Of a stretch of 64,000 bases of DNA, positions 48,810 to 59,589 are shown piece after piece. Within the stretch, counting starts at the first letter, position 1. Every line of letters begins with the position of its first letter. Under the pieces are notes generated by a model. It made no database searches. It saw only the letters and a list, made by a program, of their open reading frames with translations, and had not been told where the DNA came from. Origin of the DNA: a bacterium. GTDB lineage: Bacteria; Electryoneota; Electryoneia; Electryoneales; Electryoneaceae. Location: the NCBI GenBank assembly GCA_043801585.1, contig JAZDLX010000007.1, positions 1 to 64,000 on the forward strand, given 5' to 3'. A program made the position numbers and the translations under genes.

Positions 48810-49964
48810 ATGATAAAGCCTGGCAGCAGAGTCGGGGTGTTGATGAGCGGGGGAGTGGACAGCTCCGTCGCCGCACTGCTGCTCCGCGATCAGGGGTATG
48901 ATGTCATCGGGATCACCCTCCAGCTTTGGGATTACGAAACGGCGGCGAGCCGTCCCCGGGGCGAGCGTGGATGCTGCGACATCTCCCACCAGATGGACGC
49001 GCGGCATGTCTGCGCCGGCATCGGAATTTCGCACGTCGTGCTCGACCTTCGCGACGAGTTCACACGCAACGTTGTGCAGCCCTACGAGAATGCCTATCTC
49101 ACCGGCATCACGCCGAATCCCTGTGTCACCTGTAATAGCAGGTTGAAATGGGGAGCGGTTCTCGCCAAGGCGGCGGCGCTTGAGGTAAATGCCATCGCCA
49201 CCGGACATTATGCCCGCGTGGAACATCACCCGGAGGGGCCGATCCTGCGCAAGGGGCTGGATCCGGCCAAGGATCAGTCCTACGCCCTCTGGCAGGTGCC
49301 GCGTGAGGCGATTGCAAAAACCCTGTTTCCCCTCGGTGAGTGGACGAAGGAAAAAATCCGCCGGCGAGCCGTGTCGGCGGGATTGCGCAACGCGGACAAG
49401 CCCGACAGCCAGGAGGTCTGCTTCATCCCGGACCGCTACGACGAGTACCTTCGTGAACGGTATCCGGATCGTACGAGCACGATTGGCGGTGGGGAAATCG
49501 TGGACGAATCCGGCCGGGTAGTGGGCCGGCATGACGGTTTCTTTGGTTTCACCATCGGCCAGCGCCGGGGATTGAACATTTCCGACGGCCAGGGTCCCTA
49601 TTATGTCACCGGCCTGGACGCCGAGCACAACCGTGTCATCGTCGGCAGTGCGGAGGGGCTCGCCAGCGAGGGATTGCTCGCCACGGCGGTCAACTGGAGC
49701 TCCTTTGATCCTCCCGGCGAGCCGACGCCCTGTACGGTCAAGGTCCGTTACAACGATCCTGAAGGAACCCCGGCAACACTGCTGCCGGTGCGTGAGGACG
49801 GCCGTGTGGAAGTCCATTTCCACCGACCCGTCCGCGCTGTCACTCCGGGCCAGTCGGCGGTCTGGTATCGCGGCGATGCTGTCTGGGGCGGAGGTATCAT
49901 TTCACGGGCTGTCAGGCGAATCCATCGTGAAGAAATGCTTGCCGGTCAGGAGGCTATGCGATGA
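48810..49964 (+). CDS. mnmA: tRNA 2-thiouridylase
   Basis: MSGGVDSS, TPNPCVTCN, ATGHYA, KDQSY and DSQEVCF. Confidence 0.97.
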   Translation: MIKPGSRVGVLMSGGVDSSVAALLLRDQGYDVIGITLQLWDYETAASRPRGERGCCDISHQMDARHVCAGIGISHVVLDLRDEFTRNVVQPYENAYLTGITPNPCVTCNSRLKWGAVLAKAAALEVNAIATGHYARVEHHPEGPILRKGLDPAKDQSYALWQVPREAIAKTLFPLGEWTKEKIRRRAVSAGLRNADKPDSQEVCFIPDRYDEYLRERYPDRTSTIGGGEIVDESGRVVGRHDGFFGFTIGQRRGLNISDGQGPYYVTGLDAEHNRVIVGSAEGLASEGLLATAVNWSSFDPPGEPTPCTVKVRYNDPEGTPATLLPVREDGRVEVHFHRPVRAVTPGQSAVWYRGDAVWGGGIISRAVRRIHREEMLAGQEAMR

Positions 49965-50791
49965 GCACGACACGTGAAGCGGGGGGTAACGGCGTAAAGA
50001 AAGTGACGGTTCCCAACATTCTGGCGATGAAGCAGCGGGGTGAGAAAATCGCCGCATTGACCGCTTACGACGCCACCTTCGCCGCCGTTGAGGATGCCGC
50101 GGGACTAGACCTGATTCTCGTCGGAGATTCCGCCGGGATGGTGATCAAGGGCGAACCGGACACAATTTCGATCACTCTTGATGAGATGATCTTTCTGACG
50201 CGAAACGTCAGCCGTGGAGTTCATCGGGCGCTGCTTGCTGTGGATGTGCCCTTTGGGGTGATTCACCGCGGCACTCAGGCAACGCTCGACGGTTCCGTCC
50301 GCCTGATGAAAGAGGGTCGTGCCGAAGCGGTAAAAATCGAGGGCGCCGGTCCCGCGCTGGAACCGATACAAAGATTGACCGAGTTGGGCGTGCCGGTGAT
50401 CGGGCACCTCGGCCTGACCCCTCAGTCGGTACATGCTTTCGGGGGTTACGGTCTTCGCGGTGCGGAGGAGGATGAGGCTGCCCGGATCCGCCGGGATGCG
50501 CTCGCATTGCAGGAAGCGGGCGTGTTTGCGATTGTTCTCGAGAAAATTCCGCGAAAACTGGCCGCCGATATCAGCGCTTCCCTTCGCATTCCAACCATCG
50601 GCATCGCTTCCGGTCCCGAGTGTGATGGACAAATCCTGGTCGGCTATGACATGCTCGGCCTCGGTCCCAAATTCCGTTTCGCCCGGCGTTATCTGGAAGG
50701 CAGGGAACTGATCCGGAACGCTGTGGCGTCCTACGTCAAAGACATCCGCGAGGGCAGTTTCCCCAGCGAGAGCGAGAGTTTCGAGGCGTGA
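49961..50791 (+). CDS. panB: 3-methyl-2-oxobutanoate hydroxymethyltransferase
   Basis: LTAYD, LVGDS, AVKIEG and GHLGLTPQS. Confidence 0.97.
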   Translation: MSTTREAGGNGVKKVTVPNILAMKQRGEKIAALTAYDATFAAVEDAAGLDLILVGDSAGMVIKGEPDTISITLDEMIFLTRNVSRGVHRALLAVDVPFGVIHRGTQATLDGSVRLMKEGRAEAVKIEGAGPALEPIQRLTELGVPVIGHLGLTPQSVHAFGGYGLRGAEEDEAARIRRDALALQEAGVFAIVLEKIPRKLAADISASLRIPTIGIASGPECDGQILVGYDMLGLGPKFRFARRYLEGRELIRNAVASYVKDIREGSFPSESESFEA

Positions 50792-50792
50792 G

Positions 50793-51647
50793 ATGGAGAT
50801 TCTGAGCTCCGCAGCCGAGATGCGGAAGTGGTCGTTGGCAAAGCGGGCGCTGGGTCAACGGATCGGGCTTGTCCCGACCATGGGATCTCTTCACGATGGA
50901 CATCTGAGTCTCATCGACACGGCGAAAAAGCAAAGTGACCTTGTCGTCGTGTCGATCTTCGTTAATCCCCCGCAATTTGACCGCGCCAGCGACCTCGAAA
51001 CCTATCCGCGAAACACGGAACGGGACCTTGAGTTGTGTCGTCAACGGGGGGTGGCTGCCGTCTACCTGCCGGATGCACCCGGGATGTATCCCGATGGATA
51101 CGCTACGTGGGTCACGGTGGAGAGGCTCGGTGATTTTCTGTGCGGGGCGACGCGCCTGGGCCATTTCCGCGGGGTCACGACCGTCGTTGTAAAACTCTTT
51201 CACGCCGTCACGCCCCATCTCGCTGTCTTTGGCAGGAAGGATGCGCAGCAGGCGAGGATTGTCGAACGGATGACCTCTGATCTTGATTTCGGCGTTGCCA
51301 TCGTTCTGGGCGACATCGTCCGTGAACCGGACGGACTGGCGATGTCGAGCCGCAACGCGAGGCTTGAGCCGGAACTCCGGAAACAGGCTCCTGCAATCCA
51401 TCAGGGGTTGCTGGCAGCGAGAGAACGGTGGGCGAAAGGGGAGAGATCCTCATCCAAGTTGCGCGAAACCGTAACCTCCCACTTGAAGCGGCACGCACCC
51501 GATGCGAGGGTGGATTACATCGAAGTCGTGGATTGGGCCACTCTCTCTCCGGTCGACACGGTTCATGGCGATGTACTTCTCGCCACAGCCGTATTCTTCG
51601 ACGAGGTGCGGCTGATAGACAACGAACTGCTGCTGGAGGAAAGATGA
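50793..51647 (+). CDS. panC: Pantoate-beta-alanine ligase
   Basis: PTMGSLHDGH, GLAMSSRN and RLIDN. Confidence 0.97.
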   Translation: MEILSSAAEMRKWSLAKRALGQRIGLVPTMGSLHDGHLSLIDTAKKQSDLVVVSIFVNPPQFDRASDLETYPRNTERDLELCRQRGVAAVYLPDAPGMYPDGYATWVTVERLGDFLCGATRLGHFRGVTTVVVKLFHAVTPHLAVFGRKDAQQARIVERMTSDLDFGVAIVLGDIVREPDGLAMSSRNARLEPELRKQAPAIHQGLLAARERWAKGERSSSKLRETVTSHLKRHAPDARVDYIEVVDWATLSPVDTVHGDVLLATAVFFDEVRLIDNELLLEER

Positions 51648-52393
51648 GCGCCCCGCGCCTCGCCGCGGTGATTCTCGCTGCCGGTCAGGGTAAACGGATG
51701 AATTCCGATCTGCCGAAGGTGATGCACAAGGTCGGCGGACGTCCGATGGTTGAATTCGTCATCGAACGGGCGCAGGGGATCGGAGCGGATCCGGTGATTG
51801 TCGTCATTGGACACGGCCGCGATCTGCTGATTCCGCTGTTGGAACAGAAAAACACTAAATATGTTGTTCAGGAACAGCAGCTTGGAACCGGTCACGCAGT
51901 ACTGTGCACCGAATCGCAGCTCGCCGGGTTTGAGGGGACGGTCCTCGTTCTTGCGGGCGATGTTCCGCTCCTCTCCCAAGCAACCCTGACTGCTGCCGCA
52001 ACGTTGCATCACGAGAAACATGCGTCCGTCACGATCATCACCGCCGATGCGCCCGATCCATCAGGGTACGGCCGGATTCTACGAGATTCCCATGGGGCGA
52101 TTGTTGGCATCCGCGAACATAAAGACGCTTCCAATCAGGAACGTAATATTAAAGAAATCAACAGCGGTATTCTTCTTTTTGACGCCCGGTTTCTGTTCGA
52201 CGCCCTCCGGAGGATTGGGAACGAAAACGCACAAGGGGAGTATTATTTAACGGACGTGGTCTTTCAGGCGTTTGACGCGGGCAGACCGGTCGCCGGTTTT
52301 GTTGCTCCCTATGACGAAATCCAGGGTGTCAACAGCCTCGAAGATCTTGCTCGTGCTGAAACCATCTGGCAGGAGAGATCAGGTTTGTCTTGA
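51644..52393 (+). CDS. glmU: GlmU-like uridyltransferase, N-terminal domain only
   Basis: LAAGQGKRM, QLGTGHA, GDVPL, GYGRI and GEYYLTD; no hexapeptide repeats. Confidence 0.88.
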   Translation: MSAPRLAAVILAAGQGKRMNSDLPKVMHKVGGRPMVEFVIERAQGIGADPVIVVIGHGRDLLIPLLEQKNTKYVVQEQQLGTGHAVLCTESQLAGFEGTVLVLAGDVPLLSQATLTAAATLHHEKHASVTIITADAPDPSGYGRILRDSHGAIVGIREHKDASNQERNIKEINSGILLFDARFLFDALRRIGNENAQGEYYLTDVVFQAFDAGRPVAGFVAPYDEIQGVNSLEDLARAETIWQERSGLS

Positions 52394-52445
52394 TTATCTC
52401 TTATGCCAAATGGTACTTTAGGTTGTTCAGTGCGGAGGGTGCACG

Positions 52446-53015
52446 ATGCGAAAAAACCGTTTGGCAGCAGCCGGTCTGATTGCGCTTCTGTTCGTCGCAA
52501 GCGCGTTTGGCCAGGCCCCCTACCGAGATCAACCACAGCAGACAACCCGTGAATCCATTACTCAGCCAGTGATACAAAACGGGATTTCAGGTCTACTGGA
52601 TCCCAGCAGGATTTCGATGAATCAGCAGTTCGGTATGAGTTACATGAGTTCGGGAGGACGGGGGTTCACTCAGGGCTACTATCTCAACACTCTTTCATAC
52701 CGATTCAGCGCTCCTGTGATGCTCAAACTTCATCTGGGCGCGACGAATAATCCATTTGCCCAATCGACAGAGTTGCCTGGTCAATCGGCGATTTCATCGC
52801 TGTTGTCCAATGCGGAATTTTTTGGCGGAGCCGATCTGATCTGGAAGCCACGGGATGACATGCGTCTCCAGCTTTCGTTCTATCAATATCCGTCCACATA
52901 CAGTAACCCCTATGGTTACGGTTACGGAAACCGGCCGGGGTATGGATATGCAGGGATCAGCCCGTGGAGGTATTCCAACCCGGCAATGATCAACTTTGAC
53001 GATATCCAGCCTTGA
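52446..53015 (+). CDS. Exported hypothetical protein
   Basis: GGAGG RBS, signal peptide and a Tyr/Gly-rich tail. Confidence 0.8.
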   Translation: MRKNRLAAAGLIALLFVASAFGQAPYRDQPQQTTRESITQPVIQNGISGLLDPSRISMNQQFGMSYMSSGGRGFTQGYYLNTLSYRFSAPVMLKLHLGATNNPFAQSTELPGQSAISSLLSNAEFFGGADLIWKPRDDMRLQLSFYQYPSTYSNPYGYGYGNRPGYGYAGISPWRYSNPAMINFDDIQP

Positions 53016-53071
53016 ACCAGTGGCATCATCAGAAATCGACGTTACACCAACCGTTGTAGGGAGAACTCCGC

Positions 53072-53620
53072 ATGAACCGGGTACCGCTGCGCGAAACCGG
53101 TCGTAAACCTTCGGAACATCTTGAGCGGCGTGTTAATCTCTTGACCATTCTTGTCGGCATTCAGGTCATCCTGCTTGTCGTCTTGCTTATCCTCGATTTC
53201 GCTCCCCGTTTACGGATCGGAGGAGGTGGGGAAGGCAGGATCAGTCCTGAACAGATGGCGGAGAATCCCACCGTGGACATGCCCGAACGTGGCGATCTGC
53301 CTCCGGAAGTTGAGCCGACGCGTCCCGTTCGCGTGGAAATCCTGAATGGTTGCGGGATTTCCCGTCTGGCGTCACGGTTTGCCGAAGTTCTTCGGGCGAA
53401 AGGATATGACGTCCGTGACACGCGCAACGCCGACCACTTGAACTACAGTAAAAGTTTGATCTATGACCGCACGAATCTGCAGGGTCAGGCGTTGCGCATA
53501 GCGCAATTCCTGTCGATTCCGGCGGACCGGGTGCTCGATCGGCCGAACCCGCAGCTCGTGGACATTGATCTAACCCTGATTCTGGGAAAGGATTACGCAA
53601 CCCTGACAACCGATCACTAA
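53072..53620 (+). CDS. LytR C-terminal domain membrane protein
   Basis: TM helix, VEILNGCG and LILGKDY. Confidence 0.9.
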   Translation: MNRVPLRETGRKPSEHLERRVNLLTILVGIQVILLVVLLILDFAPRLRIGGGGEGRISPEQMAENPTVDMPERGDLPPEVEPTRPVRVEILNGCGISRLASRFAEVLRAKGYDVRDTRNADHLNYSKSLIYDRTNLQGQALRIAQFLSIPADRVLDRPNPQLVDIDLTLILGKDYATLTTDH

Positions 53621-53623
53621 GCC

Positions 53624-53989
53624 TTGACTTCCCGACAACTTGCACAGACCATCGGGGATCGCATGCTTGACAAGCAGGCGATGGATGTGGTGATCATCGA
53701 CCTGCGCAAAGTGACTGCGATCGCCGATTTCTTTGTTATCAGCACCGGTTCCGTGGACGTCCATGTCAAGGCGATTGTGGACCATGTGGAGAGATCTTTG
53801 AAAACCGCGAGAGCCCCATTGCGGCCCCTTCATACCGAGGGATACAATCACCTGAACTGGGTGCTGCTGGATTATGGGGATGTTGTCGTCCACGTGTTTC
53901 AACCCGAGGCGCGCGCTTTCTACCAACTCGAGAGGTTGTGGGGAGACGCTCCGATAAAACGGGTGGAAGACGTTTTCCCCTCCGCCTGA
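53624..53989 (+). CDS. rsfS: Ribosomal silencing factor
   Basis: WVLLDYGDVVVHVF and RAFYQLERLWGDA. Confidence 0.95.
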   Translation: MTSRQLAQTIGDRMLDKQAMDVVIIDLRKVTAIADFFVISTGSVDVHVKAIVDHVERSLKTARAPLRPLHTEGYNHLNWVLLDYGDVVVHVFQPEARAFYQLERLWGDAPIKRVEDVFPSA

Positions 53990-54030
53990 CCGGAAAACAG
54001 TGCCCATCAACCCAAAAGACAGATTGACAG

Positions 54031-55629
54031 ATGACGCTGAAAGACCGTTTAACGGACGCGGTTCGCTCCGCTTTGGCGATTGATCAAATGCCCGAAGTCC
54101 AGTGGCAGGTGCCGAAACGTACCGACCTTGGTGATCTCGCAACAAACATTGCGATGGTCCTCGCCAAAACCCTTGGCAAAAATCCACGTGAGATCGCTGA
54201 ACGGATTGTGGAACAGGTGGACTGGGAATCTCTGGGAGTGGAGCGCGTCGAGATCGCCGGTCCGGGATTTCTCAACCTGTTTCTCGGTTCCAGACATTTT
54301 CACGATGTCGTCAGATCCATCCTTCGTGAAGGGCCGGATTACGGCAAGTCGGATTCCGGCGGCGGCAGGAGTGTGCTCGTCGAATATGTCAGCGCCAACC
54401 CGACGGGGCCGTTGAACGTCGTCTCGGCGAGGGCGGCGGCAATCGGGGACAGCATCGTCCGTCTTCTGCGCAAAGCCGGTTGGAAGGCGGATGCCGAATT
54501 CTACGTCAACGACGCCGGGCGACAGGTTCGAAGGTTTGGCGAATCGATCATCGCGCGGGTGCGGGGTGTGGACGTTCCGGAAGACGGGTACCACGGAGAG
54601 GATGTCATTGCACGAGCCCACCAGCTTTTTCCCGATGGGACGATTCCTGACGATGCTGATCCGGAGGAAATCGGCCGCCGCGGGGCGGAGCTGAATGTCG
54701 CCGATCAGAGGAAAGTGCTGGAAACCTACGGCGTCAGCTTCGACCGCTGGTATTATGAGAGCGAGCTCCACGGATCCGGCGCTCCGATGAAAACGTTGTC
54801 GGAATTGAAGAAACGCGGGGCTGTCGCCGAGCGGGAGGGGGCGCTTTGGTTCCAGGGTACCTCCTATGGCGACACCGAGGACCGGGTTATTGTCACCTCC
54901 GAGGGGCGGCCGACCTATTTCCTGCCGGACATCGCCTATCACCTTTCGAAAGCACAGCGCGGATATAGCCGCGCGGTCGATCTGCTCGGCCCCGATCATC
55001 ATGACTACGTAGGACGGATGCAGGCGGCACTGAGGGCTCTCGGGTACGATGGTTTTCTCGAGGTTCTGATCGTCCAGCAGGTGCATCTGATCGAAAGCGG
55101 CGAAAAGGTCAAGATGTCCAAGCGCGCCGGCAAACTGGTGACCCTCGAGGAATTGGTCGAGGAGGTCGGGAAGGATGTTGCCCGCTATTTCTTCCTGCAG
55201 CGGCGGACATCGTCGCCATTGGATTTCGATCTCGATCTCGCAAGGGAACAGAGCGACCGGAATCCGGTTTTCTACGTCCAGTACGCTCACACGAGGATCG
55301 CGGGAATCCTGCGCCAGGACGGTTGTCCGGCACCCGCGGTCGAGGCGGACCTGAGTCCGTTGAACCAGGAGACGGAGTTGGATCTGATCCGTCATCTCGA
55401 ACAGTTCCCCGAGGTGATCGCCAGGGCTGCGGAGAGTTATGAACCGCAAAAAATGGTCGGCTACCTGGCGGAGCTTGCAACACGGTTCCACAAATTCTAC
55501 ACTTCAAGCCGTGTCGTCGGAGTCCAGGACGATGTATCCCTGGCACGTGCGTCGCTGGCGGAAGCGGCACGCATTGTACTGGCGGAGGGACTGAATCTTC
55601 TGGGGGTCAGTGCTCCGGAAAGGATGTAA
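54031..55629 (+). CDS. argS: Arginyl-tRNA synthetase
   Basis: EYVSANPTGPL, KMSKRAG, YVQYAH and C-terminal APERM. Confidence 0.98.
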   Translation: MTLKDRLTDAVRSALAIDQMPEVQWQVPKRTDLGDLATNIAMVLAKTLGKNPREIAERIVEQVDWESLGVERVEIAGPGFLNLFLGSRHFHDVVRSILREGPDYGKSDSGGGRSVLVEYVSANPTGPLNVVSARAAAIGDSIVRLLRKAGWKADAEFYVNDAGRQVRRFGESIIARVRGVDVPEDGYHGEDVIARAHQLFPDGTIPDDADPEEIGRRGAELNVADQRKVLETYGVSFDRWYYESELHGSGAPMKTLSELKKRGAVAEREGALWFQGTSYGDTEDRVIVTSEGRPTYFLPDIAYHLSKAQRGYSRAVDLLGPDHHDYVGRMQAALRALGYDGFLEVLIVQQVHLIESGEKVKMSKRAGKLVTLEELVEEVGKDVARYFFLQRRTSSPLDFDLDLAREQSDRNPVFYVQYAHTRIAGILRQDGCPAPAVEADLSPLNQETELDLIRHLEQFPEVIARAAESYEPQKMVGYLAELATRFHKFYTSSRVVGVQDDVSLARASLAEAARIVLAEGLNLLGVSAPERM

Positions 55630-55630
55630 G

Positions 55631-56548
55631 ATGGCTGAGGCAAAACCGATCCTTGTCGTTGGTTCAGCTGCGCTGGATACACTGAAAACTCCGATTGGCA
55701 ACGAGGACGATGCGCTTGGTGGCTCCTCCTTTTATTTTTCCGCCGCGGCGAGTCTTTATGCTCCCGTGCGTCTGGTTGCCGTTGTCGGCGATGATTTTCC
55801 CATGGAGAAGATTGAGTTCCTGAAATCACGGAATGTCGATCTCTCGGGACTGGAAATCGCGAATGGCGAAACGTTCCGCTGGGGAGGACGGTATTACCAC
55901 GACCCAAACAAACGCGATACCCTTTTCACGCGCCTGGGTGTCTTTGAATCCTTCGATCCGAAAATACCTGACCATTTTCACGACAGCCCCTTCATCTTTC
56001 TCGGAAACATCCATCCAGCCCTGCAGTTGAAAGTTCTCGACCAGATTGCAAACCCGGAACTCGTCGTCCTCGACACGATGAACTTCTGGATTCAGGGCAC
56101 TCCGAAAGAATTGGACAAAGTGATCGCCCGGGCGAACGTCCTGATTGTCAACGATGAAGAGGTGGTCGAGTTGACCGGGAAAGAGGTCCTCATCGACGCT
56201 GCGGAGGATCTCCTCGCGCGGGGTCCCTCCACGGTGGTTGTCAAGAAGGGGCAGCATGGAGCGGTTCTGTTCCGTGAGAAGGGCGATATTTTCTTCATGC
56301 CCGCGTTCCCCTTGAGATTGGTGAAAGACGCCACCGGGGCGGGGGACACGTTTGCCGGGGGCTTCCTCGGTTATCTGGCGACCCAGAAGAATCTGGACGA
56401 TCCGATGGTCTGGAGACGCGCTGTTGTGCATGGTTCGGTTGTCGCCTCCTATGTAGTTGAGGAATTCTCAATGCGGCGCACGATGACCCTTTCGCAGAAG
56501 GACATCGAGGGAAGAGTGGAAAAATTCCGTGAAATGACGGCGTTCTGA
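55631..56548 (+). CDS. PfkB-family carbohydrate/nucleoside kinase
   Basis: LGGS and DATGAGDTFAGG. Confidence 0.93.
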   Translation: MAEAKPILVVGSAALDTLKTPIGNEDDALGGSSFYFSAAASLYAPVRLVAVVGDDFPMEKIEFLKSRNVDLSGLEIANGETFRWGGRYYHDPNKRDTLFTRLGVFESFDPKIPDHFHDSPFIFLGNIHPALQLKVLDQIANPELVVLDTMNFWIQGTPKELDKVIARANVLIVNDEEVVELTGKEVLIDAAEDLLARGPSTVVVKKGQHGAVLFREKGDIFFMPAFPLRLVKDATGAGDTFAGGFLGYLATQKNLDDPMVWRRAVVHGSVVASYVVEEFSMRRTMTLSQKDIEGRVEKFREMTAF

Positions 56549-56551
56549 ATC

Positions 56552-57562
56552 ATGGACGAGCTCCGAGGCCTTCTCTGGAACGGACGGGAACTCACCTACC
56601 TCGACCAGACGCTCCTGCCACACGAAGAGGTCAGGCGGACAACGTCTGATTGGCGTGAGGTTGTCGATGCCATCAAACGGCTGGCAATCCGGGGAGCGCC
56701 TGCCATCGGTGTCGCCGGGGCATGCGCCGCCGCTCTTGCAGCCGCTGAACACGGTAAAGACAGAACGGCCTGGGAACTGGCGCTCGACACCATTGAGAAC
56801 GCACGTCCAACGGCAGTCAATCTTTCTGCAGCCGTGGAGCGCCTCCGCCATGAATGCCAGGGACTTGAGGGGTTTGCGCTCGCAGTCAAATCCGCCGGTG
56901 TCGCCGCGGAGATCGCGGACGAGGATGAGTCGCTCTGCGAAGCGATTGCGGAACACGGCATTCAACTCTTTGATTCCCCTAAAGTTGTGCTTACGCATTG
57001 CAATACTGGAGCGCTCGTCACGTACGGGATTGGCACGGCGTTGGGAGTTGTCCGCCGCGCTCATGAGAAAAAGTTGATTAAGAGGGTGTATGCCTGCGAG
57101 GCGAGACCGCTCGGGCAGGGCTCCCGTCTGACGATGTGGGAGTTGGATAAGTTGCAGATACCCAGCACCTTGCTCGCGGACAGTGCGGCGGGATCGCTGC
57201 TCGCGAGCGGTGTCGTGGACATGGTGATCGTCGGGGCGGACAGGATTGCGGCAAACGGTGATACCGCCAATAAAATTGGAACGCTGAACCTTGCTGTGCT
57301 GGCCAACCGTTACAGGGTTCCCTTCTACGTTGCAGCTCCGTCATCCACATTCGATCCCGGTACACCAGAGGGGACATCGATCCCCATTGAATTTCGGGAG
57401 CCGGACGAAGTTCGAAAATGTGGCGGAAAATGGATCAGTATTCCCTCCGCGGAGGTGTACAACCCGGCGTTCGATGTCACTCCTTCCGAGTTGATTTCGG
57501 GAATCATTTTCGAACGGGGAGTGCTTCGTCCGCCGTTCCGTATCGGGGATAACCGGCCTTGA
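56552..57562 (+). CDS. mtnA: Methylthioribose-1-phosphate isomerase
   Basis: RGAPAIG, RPTAVNL, THCNTG, GADRIAANGDTANKIG and NPAFDVTP. Confidence 0.96.
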   Translation: MDELRGLLWNGRELTYLDQTLLPHEEVRRTTSDWREVVDAIKRLAIRGAPAIGVAGACAAALAAAEHGKDRTAWELALDTIENARPTAVNLSAAVERLRHECQGLEGFALAVKSAGVAAEIADEDESLCEAIAEHGIQLFDSPKVVLTHCNTGALVTYGIGTALGVVRRAHEKKLIKRVYACEARPLGQGSRLTMWELDKLQIPSTLLADSAAGSLLASGVVDMVIVGADRIAANGDTANKIGTLNLAVLANRYRVPFYVAAPSSTFDPGTPEGTSIPIEFREPDEVRKCGGKWISIPSAEVYNPAFDVTPSELISGIIFERGVLRPPFRIGDNRP

Positions 57563-57588
57563 CAGATTGTGAAGAAAAAAGATATATT
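57559..57588 (+). promoter_or_regulatory. sigma70 promoter
   Basis: TTGACA-N18-TATATT. Confidence 0.65.
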
Positions 57589-57671
57589 GAACTCTTGATT
57601 TTTTAGGGGGATGGGAACCTGTCCCCTGAGGTTCTTATTGCTCAGTACGTTGAGTAAAACCAGAGGGAGTC

Positions 57672-58748
57672 ATGAAGAGCTCATGGGGCCGGTGGGGATT
57701 TGCGGCCATTTCGCTGCTGTTGATCTTTTCGCTGATTGGGTGTGCGTCCAGCTCTTACTATGTGCGCTCAGCAAAACTGCACATCAACAACAAGAACTAC
57801 GCCGAGGCGGAAAAGATCCTGTTGGAGGGAACGAACACCCCTCCGAACGATCAAGATCCAGAGCTGTGGTATACGCTGGGGCTGATTCGTTTCGACAAGA
57901 AGGACTGGGTGGGGATGAACGAGGCCTTCGATAAATCGTTGGCCCTCGACGCCAAGTTCGCCGAACAGATCAAGAAGACCAAGTACCACGCATGGCAGCG
58001 TATCGCCAGTGGGGCAGTCAAGGAATTCCAGGGAAACAACTACCCCCAGGCCATCAGCGATTTCCAGACGGCATTGATTGTCCGCCCGAGCGATTCCGAA
58101 ACGTTGACCAACCTGGGCCTTAGTTACTTCAAAAACGAGCAGTACAATGAAGCGGCAGAGGCGTTCAAAGAGTCTATCGCCAACGATACGACCAATCTGG
58201 TCAAGTTGACCAAGTTGAATCTCCTTGAAACTTACCGTCTGCTGGAGCGTTCCGAAGATGTGATCACCCTCGCCGATGATATCATCAACACGGCGGATTC
58301 GCTCAACACCACTCGCAAAATCATAGTGATTCAGGCAAAGGCGGTGGCGTTGCAGAAGCTTGGTCGGACGGAAGATGCCGTTGGTGAATGGGACAAGCTG
58401 ATGTTGGAAGATCCAACGAACGCCGACTTCGCCTTCAATAAAGCTCTTCTTCTCGACATGCTCGAGCGTTATAACGAAGCTGCGGCGGTGTATCTGAAAG
58501 CAATCGAATTGAATCCAAGCGACTACGAAGCGCGGATGCGTGCGTCGAATGCGTTGCTTGGCAACCAGCAATGGGCAACGATCGAGAAAGTCCTTGAACC
58601 ATGGCTGTTCCCGGATGGCGTGAAAGTGTACGAGCCTGAATTCAAGGATCTCCACACGTGGATGACCCTGAAGGCGGCCTATGCCAACCTGGATGAAATG
58701 AAAAAAATGAAGGTTGTTGACGAGATTCTGAAGAAGATCTCGGGTTGA
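57672..58748 (+). CDS. TPR-repeat lipoprotein
   Basis: Lipobox LIGC and repeated TPR patterns. Confidence 0.9.
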   Translation: MKSSWGRWGFAAISLLLIFSLIGCASSSYYVRSAKLHINNKNYAEAEKILLEGTNTPPNDQDPELWYTLGLIRFDKKDWVGMNEAFDKSLALDAKFAEQIKKTKYHAWQRIASGAVKEFQGNNYPQAISDFQTALIVRPSDSETLTNLGLSYFKNEQYNEAAEAFKESIANDTTNLVKLTKLNLLETYRLLERSEDVITLADDIINTADSLNTTRKIIVIQAKAVALQKLGRTEDAVGEWDKLMLEDPTNADFAFNKALLLDMLERYNEAAAVYLKAIELNPSDYEARMRASNALLGNQQWATIEKVLEPWLFPDGVKVYEPEFKDLHTWMTLKAAYANLDEMKKMKVVDEILKKISG

Positions 58749-58776
58749 CCCGCAAGCTGAGAAAAGATTGTGACAG

Positions 58777-58809
58777 GCGAAGCGGGCCATCGCGTCCGCT
58801 TCGCTTTTT
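58777..58809 (+). terminator. Intrinsic terminator
   Basis: gcgaagcgg ... ccgcttcgc followed by T5. Confidence 0.8.
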
Positions 58810-58821
58810 CACGAGGATTTG

Positions 58822-59589
58822 ATGGCAAAACGATCGATCAAATCGTTTGAAGAGAATTTGCGTGCCAACGCCGACCGTTTGCCCGCGCATATTGCGTTCA
58901 TCATGGACGGCAACGGGCGATGGGCGAAGGAACGTGGGATGCCTCGCATGTTCGGTCATCGCGAGGGTGTAAAGTCAGTCCGTGAGATGGTTGAGACGGG
59001 CGTGGAACTGGGCATCAAGGTCATGACCTTTTACACGTTTTCCACGGAAAACTGGAAGCGCCCGAAATCGGAAGTATCAGGGTTGATGAAGCTGCTCGTT
59101 TCGACAATCCGTAAAGAAGTGGACGACCTCGACAAGAACAACGTTTGTCTGCGCACCATTGGACAGCTTGAGGATCTGCCACCGGGACCTCGCGCGGAAT
59201 TCAAGGCTGCGAAGAAACAGCTTGAGAAGAACGACGGCCTTCTGCTTGTGCTGGCGCTGTCCTACAGCGGGCGGCGTGAGATCACTCAGGCTGTCAATCG
59301 TCTTCTCGAGCAGGGGGTTAAACGAGTCGACGAGAAGGTTTTCGCCGCGGTCCTCGATACCGCCGATCTCCCCGATCCGGATCTGTTGATTCGAACTTCG
59401 GGCGAGATGCGACTGAGCAATTTTCTTCTGTGGCAGACAGCCTATACCGAACTTTACGTCACGGATACTTACTGGCCGGATTTTCGCCGCGCTCAATTGA
59501 TTGAAGCCGTACATGATTATTTGCATCGAGAGCGCCGCTTTGGACGCACCAGCGAACAACTGGTGTCATCGAATGGTGAGGCAAGGTGA
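58822..59589 (+). CDS. uppS: Undecaprenyl diphosphate synthase
   Basis: IMDGNGRWA, FSTENWKRP and IRTSGEMRLSNFLLWQ. Confidence 0.98.
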   Translation: MAKRSIKSFEENLRANADRLPAHIAFIMDGNGRWAKERGMPRMFGHREGVKSVREMVETGVELGIKVMTFYTFSTENWKRPKSEVSGLMKLLVSTIRKEVDDLDKNNVCLRTIGQLEDLPPGPRAEFKAAKKQLEKNDGLLLVLALSYSGRREITQAVNRLLEQGVKRVDEKVFAAVLDTADLPDPDLLIRTSGEMRLSNFLLWQTAYTELYVTDTYWPDFRRAQLIEAVHDYLHRERRFGRTSEQLVSSNGEAR

